DNA of 64,000 bases from an uncultured bacterium. Lineage in GTDB: Bacteria > Planctomycetota > UBA1135 > GCA-002686595. Shown here piece after piece: positions 50,710-59,700 of this stretch (positions within the stretch are counted from its first letter, which is position 1; every line of letters starts with the position of its first letter). A program made the position numbers and the translations under genes. The stretch covers positions 608,001 through 672,000 of the forward strand of contig CALSNU010000002.1 of NCBI GenBank assembly GCA_943787795.1, written 5' to 3'. Under the pieces are notes generated by a model. That model made no database searches, was not told the origin of the DNA, and was given only the letters and a program-made list of their open reading frames with translations.

Positions 50710-51651
50710 CTACGGGCGCGGCGCGAGGCGGGCGCCTCCGCCGGGTTGGCGCCCGGCGAGGACATCGAGGGTCCCTGTGACCGCTGAGGCGCACAGCGCC
50801 GCGTAGGTCCGGCCCGTGAGGGCCGCCACGTGGGGCGTGACGATCACGCCGGGGTGCCGAAGCAGCGGATCACCGGCAGGGGGCGGCTCGGGGTCGAAGC
50901 CATCCACCGCGTAGACCGCGACGTGCTCGGCCTCGAGCGCCGAGAGCATGGCGTTCCGCTCGACCACGCCGGGCCTCGCCGTGTTGACGACGACGGCGCC
51001 CGAGGCGAGCAAGGCGAGCCGGTCCGTGTTCATGAGCCCGCGGGTCTCGTCGTCGAGGGCCACGTGGAGGCTGACCACCTCGGCGCCTGAGAGGGCGCGG
51101 TCGAGGTCCGCTTCGAAGCCGTGCACCTCCCGCGGGGAGCGGTTCCACGCCGTCACCTCGGCGCCCAGCGCGACCATGAGGGCGCGGGTCCGCTCGCCGA
51201 TGGCCCCGAGCCCGACCACGGTCACGCGCGAGCCGGCGAGGGACTCGCCGCTGAAGTGATCTCGGTCTCCCCAGCGACCCTCGCGGGCGGAGCGCGCGCT
51301 GGACACGACCTCCCGGCGGCCGGCGAGGGCCAGAGCCAGCGCGTGCTCGGAGACGGTCTCGGTCAGGGCGTTGGGGACGTGGACCACGGCGACCCCGCGG
51401 GCGGCGGCGGCGTCCCGGTCAACGTTGTCGAGGCCAACCCCCGCGCGGGTCACAACCCTGAGGGCGGGGCAGCGTGCGAGGAGCGCGTCGGTGACCTGAC
51501 CTCGGCCGCGGGTGACGATCCCCTCGATCCCGGCGAGCACGTCGTCGCCGACGGGCTCATCGGGCGCGTCGAGGGCGACGACCTCGGCGTCCGCATCCAG
51601 CGCGGCGCGGGCCGCGTGGTGCAGGGACTCGAGCAGGAGGACCTTGGGCAC
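50710..51651 (-). CDS. D-isomer-specific 2-hydroxyacid dehydrogenase
   Basis: GVGLDNVD, GLGAIG, NTAR, EP, TPHVA. Confidence 0.9.
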   Translation of the reverse strand: MPKVLLLESLHHAARAALDADAEVVALDAPDEPVGDDVLAGIEGIVTRGRGQVTDALLARCPALRVVTRAGVGLDNVDRDAAAARGVAVVHVPNALTETVSEHALALALAGRREVVSSARSAREGRWGDRDHFSGESLAGSRVTVVGLGAIGERTRALMVALGAEVTAWNRSPREVHGFEADLDRALSGAEVVSLHVALDDETRGLMNTDRLALLASGAVVVNTARPGVVERNAMLSALEAEHVAVYAVDGFDPEPPPAGDPLLRHPGVIVTPHVAALTGRTYAALCASAVTGTLDVLAGRQPGGGARLAPRP

Positions 51652-51666
51652 GGCGCGGCTCCCCCC

Positions 51667-52833
51667 TCAGACGGGGACGGTCCACTCCTCGAGGAGGTCC
51701 CGGCGCGGGCGAAAGCCCAGGCCGGGCTCGGTCGGGGCGTCGACGCCGCCGTCGGTCACGGCGGGCTCCACCTCCGGGAGCTGGCGCAGCAGCGGGTTGC
51801 CCCCGAGGGACACCTCGAGGATGCGCGCGGCGGGGCTCGCGAAGGCCACGTGGAGGCCGGCGAGGTACGAGACAGCCGAGCCCCAAAGGTGCGGTGCGAG
51901 CTCGACCTGGGCGGTCTCCGCCAGGGTGGCGACGCGCGTCGCCTCGGTGATGCCGCCCACCAGGGCGACATCGGGCTGGAGCACGTCGGCAGCGCGCAGG
52001 CGCAGCACGTCGGCGAAGTCGAAGCGGGTCGAGAGGCTCTCGCCGATGGCGATGGGCACATCCGTGGTGGCGCGCAGCTCGGCTGCGGCGACGTGGTCGT
52101 CCAGGGGCGTGGGCTCCTCGAACCAGCGCAGGTTGGCGCTCTCCACGAGGCGCATGAGCCGCTTGGCCTCGGGGAGGCTGCAGGTGCCGTGGGCGTCGAT
52201 CATCAGCTCGATATCGGGGCCCAGGGCCTCGCGGGCGGCGAGGATCCGGGCGGCGCTGGTCTCGACGCGCCGGTCCATGGCGCCCACTCGCATCTTCACG
52301 GCCCCGAAGCCGAGGTCCACGAAGCGCTGCAGCTCGGCGCCGATGCCGTCGGCGTCAGCCCACCCGCCGGAGGCGTAGGCGGGCAGCCGGTCGTGGCAGG
52401 CGCCGCCGAGCAGCTCCACCACGGGCACCCCGTGGGCCTTGCCCGCCAGGTCCCAGAGCGCCGTGTCGATGGCGCCGATGGCCGCGACCCGGGGGCCGCG
52501 GCGGGCCACGTCCGGGAAGCTGCGCCCGCGGGAGAGGGCGAGGTCGCCCCGGCTCCCGCAGTACATGCGCTCCCAGGCGCGGGTGATGTGGCGCGGGTCC
52601 TGGCCGATCAGCGCCGGCCCGAGCTCACGCTCCACGATGGTCACCAGGGAGGCGCAGTCCCCCGCGCTCCCCACGGCGGCCTTGGCCTCGCCGAAGCCCT
52701 CGGCCCCGTCCTTGGTGCGGACGGTGACGAGCACCGCGTCGAAGGTCCGCAGCCGCCCGAAGTCGGACGTGTGCTGCTTCTCCTCGGGGATAGGTGCCCG
52801 CAGCCAGCGGGCCTCGACGGCGGCGATTTGCAT
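51667..52833 (-). CDS. Mandelate racemase/MLE family enolase
   Basis: ALWDL, YASGG, KMR, DAH / EEP / GE ligands, PHLW, PGLG. Confidence 0.9.
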   Translation of the reverse strand: MQIAAVEARWLRAPIPEEKQHTSDFGRLRTFDAVLVTVRTKDGAEGFGEAKAAVGSAGDCASLVTIVERELGPALIGQDPRHITRAWERMYCGSRGDLALSRGRSFPDVARRGPRVAAIGAIDTALWDLAGKAHGVPVVELLGGACHDRLPAYASGGWADADGIGAELQRFVDLGFGAVKMRVGAMDRRVETSAARILAAREALGPDIELMIDAHGTCSLPEAKRLMRLVESANLRWFEEPTPLDDHVAAAELRATTDVPIAIGESLSTRFDFADVLRLRAADVLQPDVALVGGITEATRVATLAETAQVELAPHLWGSAVSYLAGLHVAFASPAARILEVSLGGNPLLRQLPEVEPAVTDGGVDAPTEPGLGFRPRRDLLEEWTVPV

Positions 52834-52836
52834 GGG

Positions 52837-54360
52837 TCAGGTGCTCTCTGAGGTCAGCTCGACGGCCTTGTAGCCCCCGCGTGAGCGGAAGTAGAGGATC
52901 AGGAGCAGGTAGCAGAAGAGCATCACGACGGGGAAGGCCGCGGTGGTCTTGAGCGCGTTCTTCTTCGCGCCGGCCTCGATGCCTTCGATCGCTGCCTGGT
53001 CCTTCTCCGGAGCGGCTGCCACCCGCTCGGGATCCACCGCCGTGTAGGCACCGAGCACGCTCTCCTTGTCAAGGGTGACGTACTGCTCGACCAGCTGCGT
53101 GTTGTTCGCGGCGTCGTAGCTCGCGAGGTCGGTGGAGACCTGCTTGTCCTGGATCGCGCCCAGGAACACCGCGCCCACCACGCCGACACCCAGCATCCCC
53201 ACGCCGCCAGCGGCGTTGAGAGTCAGGGCGCCGCCGCGCGGGAACTGCTCGGCGACCACGCCGAGCATGGTCGGCCAGAAGAACGACTTGCCCAGGCCGT
53301 AGAGCGTCGCGGCCACCAGGATCATGATCCCGCTGGCCGAGGACAGGGTCACCAGGCCCACGGCTGCGATGACGGAGGAGACCGCCAGCAGGCCGAGGGG
53401 GGAGATCCTGTGGACGATTGGGCCCGCGTTGAAGCGCAGCACCATCATCACGAAGGACGTGTAGACGAGGACCCAGCCGGCCTGCAGCCCGATCTCCTCC
53501 ATCGCCGGCCCCATCAGCGCGGTGATCCAGCTGTCGACGCCGAGCTCGGTGGTGGCGAGCGGGAGCATGATCAGCAGCAGGAACACGAACAGCAGGTTGC
53601 CGATCGACTGGACGTAGGCGCCGAAGCCGAGGGTGGAGACCGCGATGAGCGCCCACATGGTCATGTCGCTCCAGCCGAAGACCTTGCTGACCTCGGCGAA
53701 CATCAGGTAGTTCACCACCAGGGCGCCGAGCAGCCCGACCTCGGCCAGCATCGCCTTGAAGGACACGCCCGCCGCGACCCGCTCGTTCACGGGGAAGGTC
53801 CGGCCGAACATCATGATCGCGTAGGCGACCACGGGGATGAAGATCAGGCCGACCTTGATCTGCCAGGAGGTGTCGGTGCCGAGGGCGATGGTGAGCAGCC
53901 CGCCGAGGACGAGGCCGCCCGGCCACCCGGCGTGGAGGATGTTGAGCCACTTGGTCTTGTTGCGCACGAACATCGTGGCGACCACCGGGTTGATCACGGC
54001 CTCGACCGTGCCGTTGCCCAGGGCGACGATGAAGTTGCCGATCCACAGGTCCCAGTAGCCCTGCGCGCGGATGGTCACGACGGCGGAGACCACGTGGCAG
54101 AGGAAGGCGAAGACCATCGCGCGCCCGTAGCCGATCTTGTCGATGATCAGGCTGAACAGGACGATGCTGATGGCGAAGGGCCACAGGCCCACGCCGAAGA
54201 TCTCGCCCTTCTGGGTCTCGGTAAGGTTGAACTCTGCGGCCCAGTCGTCGATCACGAGCGCCCTGACGATGAAGCCGAAGGCGGTGGCGATGAGGGCGAT
54301 GAAGCAGGCCCAGAAGAGTCTCTTGTCGCCGTCGGAGACGGCGTCGGTTTGGTCACTCAT
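52837..54360 (-). CDS. MFS sugar transporter
   Basis: LFWACFIALIATAFGF, GNGTVEAVINP, LHAGWPGG, FFWPTMLG; about 12 TMs. Confidence 0.88.
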   Translation of the reverse strand: MSDQTDAVSDGDKRLFWACFIALIATAFGFIVRALVIDDWAAEFNLTETQKGEIFGVGLWPFAISIVLFSLIIDKIGYGRAMVFAFLCHVVSAVVTIRAQGYWDLWIGNFIVALGNGTVEAVINPVVATMFVRNKTKWLNILHAGWPGGLVLGGLLTIALGTDTSWQIKVGLIFIPVVAYAIMMFGRTFPVNERVAAGVSFKAMLAEVGLLGALVVNYLMFAEVSKVFGWSDMTMWALIAVSTLGFGAYVQSIGNLLFVFLLLIMLPLATTELGVDSWITALMGPAMEEIGLQAGWVLVYTSFVMMVLRFNAGPIVHRISPLGLLAVSSVIAAVGLVTLSSASGIMILVAATLYGLGKSFFWPTMLGVVAEQFPRGGALTLNAAGGVGMLGVGVVGAVFLGAIQDKQVSTDLASYDAANNTQLVEQYVTLDKESVLGAYTAVDPERVAAAPEKDQAAIEGIEAGAKKNALKTTAAFPVVMLFCYLLLILYFRSRGGYKAVELTSEST

Positions 54361-54587
54361 CGTTGCGGAGGCCGGCCGATGGGGGCCGGTACTGGTGGGG
54401 GCGCCAGGGGGAAGGGGTGAGAGTGAGCCTACTGGACACGGCTTTGATTGATCGGCGCTGGATGTATAGCTGCCCGTACCGCGCCGCAGATCGCGCGGGG
54501 TCAAGAGGAGGCGCCGGCGCCCCCGAGTGGGGAGCGCCGGCGCCATCGTGTCGCGCGGCCCGTGGACGGGCCAGGGCGGCGGATCGA

Positions 54588-56006
54588 TCAGATCAGGTAG
54601 CGCAGATAGATGTAGACCGTCGCGATTGCGACGGAGAACAGCATCAGCGGGAAGGCGTGCTTCAGGAAGGTCACGAAGCGGATCGGTGAACCCGCCCGCT
54701 CGGCGAAGCCCGCGACGATGAGGTTCGCGCTGGCGCCGATCAGCGAGCCGTTGCCGCCGAGGCAGGCGCCCAGGGACAGGGACCACCAGATGGTGTGCTG
54801 CTGGTCGAGGTCCAGGGTGGATCCCTGTTCGGAGAGCTGGATGAACGCCGTCTTCAGCGTCGGGATCATGGTCGCCACGAAGGGGATGTTGTCCACGATG
54901 GCGGACGCCACGGCGGAGACCCAGAGCACGGCGATGGAGAGCCGCGAGGTGACCTCGGCGCTGTTGGCGGCGCCCTCGGTAAACCCGACGACCTTCTCCG
55001 CGAGGATGTCCAGCGCGCCGGCGTTCTCGAGACCGTGGACGATCACGAACAGGCCGACGAAGAAGAAGATCGTGACCCACTCTACCTCACCAAAGGTGTG
55101 GTGGACGTTCTCGGACTTCTCCTCGGGCGTGCGGGAGAGGTTATCCAAGAGGAGCAGCAGGGCGCCGCCGACCATGGCCACCGTCGCGGGCTCGAAGCCC
55201 AAGGGGTGCCCGACCATGAAGCCGAGCAGGACGAAGGTCAGCACGGCGAGGGACTTCTTGAGGAGGGGGACGTTGGTGATCGCCTCCCTCGCCTTGAAGT
55301 TCATCACGCGGGCCATGGCCTCGTCGCTGGCGGTCAGCTTGCGCCCCCACATGACGTAGATGGGCAGCAGGGTCATGAGGAAGATGAGCGGCACGATGGG
55401 CGCCACCTCCGTCAGGAAGCTGTTGAACGTGATCGTCTCCACCTGGGAGCCGATCAGGATGTTCGGAGGATCACCGATCAGGGTCGCCGTGCCGCCGATG
55501 TTCGAGAAGAGGATCTCCGCGAACAGGAACGGATAGGGGGCGATCTCGAGCTCCTCGGTGATGAGCAGGGTCACCGGCGCGATCAGGAGCACCGTGGTGA
55601 CGTTGTCCAGCAGCGCCGATAGGACGGCCGTGACGATGGAGAGCATCACCAGGATGCCCCATGGTCGGGCGTTCACCTTCTTGGCGGACCAGATGGCGAG
55701 GAACTGGAAGACGCCGGTGCGCTGGGTCACCGCGACGATGACCATCATCCCGGTCAGGAGCCCGATGGTGTTCCAGTCGATGCCATGGATGGCGGCGGAC
55801 TGATTCGGGTAGACGCCGAAGAGGATCATCGCGCCTGCGCCCAGGAGGGCGACGACGGCGCGGTTGTACTTCTCGGTCATGATGACCCCGTACGTCAGCA
55901 CGAAGATCACCCCCGAGATCCAGAGCGGGTCCCAGCCGAACAGGGGCTCGACGCCGTGGCCTTCGCCGCCGCCGCCGAGGAGCGTGGTCGCGAGTGAGAG
56001 GATCAC
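54588..56006 (-). CDS. ArsB/NhaD (P-protein-like) family anion/Na+ transporter
   Basis: IDWNTIGLL, SALLDNVTT, SNIGGTATLIGDPPN, VDNIPF, LGGNGSLIGASAN. Confidence 0.92.
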   Translation of the reverse strand: MILSLATTLLGGGGEGHGVEPLFGWDPLWISGVIFVLTYGVIMTEKYNRAVVALLGAGAMILFGVYPNQSAAIHGIDWNTIGLLTGMMVIVAVTQRTGVFQFLAIWSAKKVNARPWGILVMLSIVTAVLSALLDNVTTVLLIAPVTLLITEELEIAPYPFLFAEILFSNIGGTATLIGDPPNILIGSQVETITFNSFLTEVAPIVPLIFLMTLLPIYVMWGRKLTASDEAMARVMNFKAREAITNVPLLKKSLAVLTFVLLGFMVGHPLGFEPATVAMVGGALLLLLDNLSRTPEEKSENVHHTFGEVEWVTIFFFVGLFVIVHGLENAGALDILAEKVVGFTEGAANSAEVTSRLSIAVLWVSAVASAIVDNIPFVATMIPTLKTAFIQLSEQGSTLDLDQQHTIWWSLSLGACLGGNGSLIGASANLIVAGFAERAGSPIRFVTFLKHAFPLMLFSVAIATVYIYLRYLI

Positions 56007-56461
56007 TTCTGGTCCTCCAGGATGCGCCCGATGATGTCCCAGTAGCTGACGATGCCGATCAGCTTCCCGGTGGCCTCGTCGACGACCGGGAGGTTGTTGC
56101 GAGACTCGGTCAGGTTGGCCACGACCTGGGAGATGGCCGTGTCCGGGTGGAGCACCGGGCCGATCTCTTCCGCGTACTTGCCGACCGGTTGGTCGTGCTC
56201 TTCCACGAGGCGACGCTGGAGATCAGCGAGGTCGTCGTTCAGATAGCGGAGGTTGGAGAGGTTGTCGTCCGCCACGGCGGCCTTGGGGAGGATCAGGCCG
56301 AGGAGGGCCTGGATCCCGAACTGGCCGATCATCTTTCCGCCGTCGTCCACCACCGGGACGCTTCGGAAGCGGTTGTCTCGGAGAAGCGCCGTCGCGGCGG
56401 CGACGGGCTGATCTTCACGGACCGTCACAGGGTCCGTGGTCATGATTTCACTGCAGGTCAT
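56003..56461 (-). CDS. Stand-alone CBS-pair protein
   Basis: IMTTDPVTV, VPVVDD, LPVVD...LIGIVS..DI; 4-nt overlap with the transporter. Confidence 0.9.
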   Translation of the reverse strand: MTCSEIMTTDPVTVREDQPVAAATALLRDNRFRSVPVVDDGGKMIGQFGIQALLGLILPKAAVADDNLSNLRYLNDDLADLQRRLVEEHDQPVGKYAEEIGPVLHPDTAISQVVANLTESRNNLPVVDEATGKLIGIVSYWDIIGRILEDQK

Positions 56462-56739
56462 AGTCGTGCGGGACAGTTGACGCCTGAACGCGACGGGAGA
56501 TGCGAAGTTGCATTGGTGGGGTGAGTCCCCCCCGTCTTGGGAAGATTCATCGGCAGGTCGGCATCACTTCACGGGAAGAAAGCCGGAACCCCTCGGATCT
56601 CGACCAAGTTCATGGCGCCTTCAGCCTCCCCCGCATTGAAGTCGGAAAGTCCCGCGAGGTCATGGTCCCGGAGGTTCCGGGTGAACGCGGCCCCGAGGGG
56701 GCTCGCCGCGCCGTGACTCCCCTGCCTGGGGAGGACCGT

Positions 56740-59700
56740 TCACTGGAGGGTCACGGAGATCCCGTCGGTCAGGTTCGACGTGATGCTCGGATTTGCGTCT
56801 CGGTACCAGGCCTGGAAGTTCCAGGTCTCCCCCGGCGCCGCGGAGACGAAGCCCGTCGGGCTGGGGAGGGAGCCGAGGTCCAGGGTCAGGCTGAAGGTCC
56901 CGGTGTTCCCCGCGGACTGGATCTCTCCGGGGCCGACGAACCGCCCGATGGCGCCCCCGAGGCAGAGCGCTCCCTGGCTTGCGGGCACCGGGAAGGTGAA
57001 GCCCTGACTCTGGGACGTGAGGAAGAACCCGAAGGAGCTGCTCGGGACCGACGTGGCGGTGATCTCCAGGCTGTTCCTGGAGCGGGTGACACTCCCGATG
57101 GCGCGGACCGTTGCGGGGCTCCCCGTTGAGTTCGGAACGGCAGGCGAGCAATAGCGGACACCGACCTCCTCGCAGGAGTCCAGCTCGCCGTTCCCGTTGG
57201 CGTCCAGACCGGGGTCCGCCGCGATCTCGCAGGCGTCAAGGATGGCGTTCCCGTTGCAGTCTGCGGCTCCCGCGGCGATCTGGCACTCGTCGGGTACACC
57301 GTCGAGGTCGCAGTCTGCGCTCGTACCGGTGGCAATGTCGAAGGCGTCCGCGAGCCCGTTCCCGTTGCAGTCGATGCTGCCTGACCGATTCTCGTACCAG
57401 ACGATCCGGTCGCCGGTCAACGAGGCCGCGGCCACGTCGATGTCCCCGTCTCCGTCGAGGTCCGCGAGCTCGATGGCCGTCGCGCCGTCCAGGTCGTCGG
57501 CGATCACCGCCGCGGCCCCGAAGGTGCCGGCGCCGAGGTTCTCGAACCAGAGGACCTGGTCCAGCAGGAATGACGTGGCGACGACGTCGGCGTCGCCGTC
57601 GCCGTCGAGGTCGGCGGCCTCTGTCGCGAAGGCGGCCTCGACGTTCATTCCGATGGATGTTTGAGGCCCGAATATGCCGGCTCCAAGGTTCTCGAACCAG
57701 ACGACCTCGTCGTCGCCCCCGAGGGCCGCCAGGACGTCGACCAGGCTGTCTCCGTTCAGGTCCACCCCGCGCACGTACTGTGCGCCGCCCGCGCTGCCGG
57801 AGAGGATCGTCCCGTTGCCCCAGGAGTTCCCAGGGAGGTTCTCGAACCACGTGATGCGGTTGTCGAGGAACGAGGCCGCCAGGATGTCGGGGTCGCCGTC
57901 GCCGTCGAGATCCGCCGTATCCACCGACCTCGGAAAGTCGACCGAGGAGGTGACCTGACCGGGGGGCGCGAAGGAGGCACCACCCTGGTTACGAAGCGTT
58001 GAGATCGAATTGGTACTGGGAGAGCTCACCACCAGATCGACCCGGGTGTTGCCGTTGAGATCCGCAGCCGCCAGCGAGAATGGCCCGGTGATGGAGGTGG
58101 AGATCACCTGCTCAGGCACGAACGACCCGCCGACGTTCTCGAACCAGGCGACCTTGTTGTCACCGCCGGATACGGACACCACGTCGGTGTCGCCATCTCG
58201 GTCCAAATCCGCAACCTCTACAGCCCAGGCTTGGAGCGCGTTGTTCGTGAGCACCTGCTGGGCGCCAAAGGTCCCTGTCCCGAGGTTCTCGTACCAGGCG
58301 ATCGTGTTGTCGCCGCTCGACGCGGAGACGAGGTCGAGGTCGCCGTCGCCGTCCACGTCGAGGGATCGAATGGAGCTCGGCGCGTCGGTCAGGTCCGTGA
58401 TCAACCGCTCACCCCCGAAGAGCGCAAGTTCGCACTCGTCGGGGATCCCGTTGCCGTTGGTGTCGAGCGACGAACCGGCCGCGAGGTCGCACTGGTCCAG
58501 GATGCCGTTACCGTTGCAGTCAAGGCTGGTCCCGGCCGCAAGCTCGCAGCTATCGGGGATCATGTTCATGTTGCAGTCGACCTCGAGGCCGGCCGCGATG
58601 TCACAGCGGTCCGGGACCCCGTTGCCATTGCAGTCGTTGGCCGATCCCGAGCTGAGCTCGCAGAGGTCGAGGAGGCCGTTGGCATCGCAGTCTGCCGCCG
58701 TCCCGGCCGCGATCTCACAGGCGTCGATCAGGCCGTTCCCGTTACAGTCGTTCGCGCTACCGCTGGCGATCTCACAGCTGTCCAGCACGCCGTTTGCGTT
58801 GCAGTCTGATGCCGCACCGCTGGTGATCTCGCACTCATCCGGGATGCCGTTGGCATTGCAGTCAGCCGAGGATCCCGATGAGACGTCGCACTGGTCGAGG
58901 ATGCCGTTGCCGTTGCAATCGCTCGCGGTGCCCGCGCGAAGCTCGCAGCTGTCCAGCACACCGTTGCCGTTGCAATCTTGCTCCGTACCGCTGGCGATCT
59001 CGCACTCGTCCGGAATGCCGTTGGCGTTGCAGTCTTCAGAGACTCCCGAGGCGATGTCGCACTCATCGGGGGCCGAGTTCCCGTTGCAGTCCTGGGAAGA
59101 GCCTGTGGTCAGGTCGCACTCATCGAGGACTCCGTTCCCGTTGCAGTCGCTTGCGGTCCCGGCCGCGAGTTCGCAGCTGTCGAGGACCCCGTTCCCGTTG
59201 CAATCCTGCTCGGCGCCGCTGGCGATCTCGCACTCGTCCGGAATGCCGTTGGCGTTGCAGTCTTCAGAGACTCCCGAGGCGATGTCACACTCATCGGGGG
59301 CCGAGTTCCCGTTGCAATCGCCTGCGGTGCCGGCCGCGAGCTCGCAGCTGTCGAGCACGCCATTCCTATTGCAGTCCTGCTCGGCGCCGCTGGCGATCTC
59401 GCACTCGTCGGGGGCGGAGTTTCCGTTGCAGTCCAGGGAGGTGCCAGCGGCAAGGTCGCACTCTCGAGGACCCCGTTGCCGTTGCAGTCGAAGGCTGTCC
59501 CGGCCGCAAGTTCACAGCTGTCGAGGACGCTGTTCCCGTTGCAGTCCTGCTCGGCGCCGCTGGCGATCTCGCACTCGTCGGGGATCGAGTTTCCGTTGCA
59601 GTCCAGGGAAGTGCCAGCGGTCAGGTCGCACTCATCGAGGACGCCGTTCCCGTTGCAATCACTCGCGGTCCCGGCCGCGAGCTCGCAGCTGTCGAGCACG

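Noticed and set aside
54361..55080. 747-aa extended MFS transporter
   Set aside because: The extension overlaps the ArsB/NhaD gene in another frame and is low-complexity; the real start is 54360.
56462..56739. Fluoride, c-di-AMP or Na+ riboswitch upstream of the CBS/transporter operon
   Set aside because: Conserved core motifs could not be matched by eye; an Rfam scan is needed.
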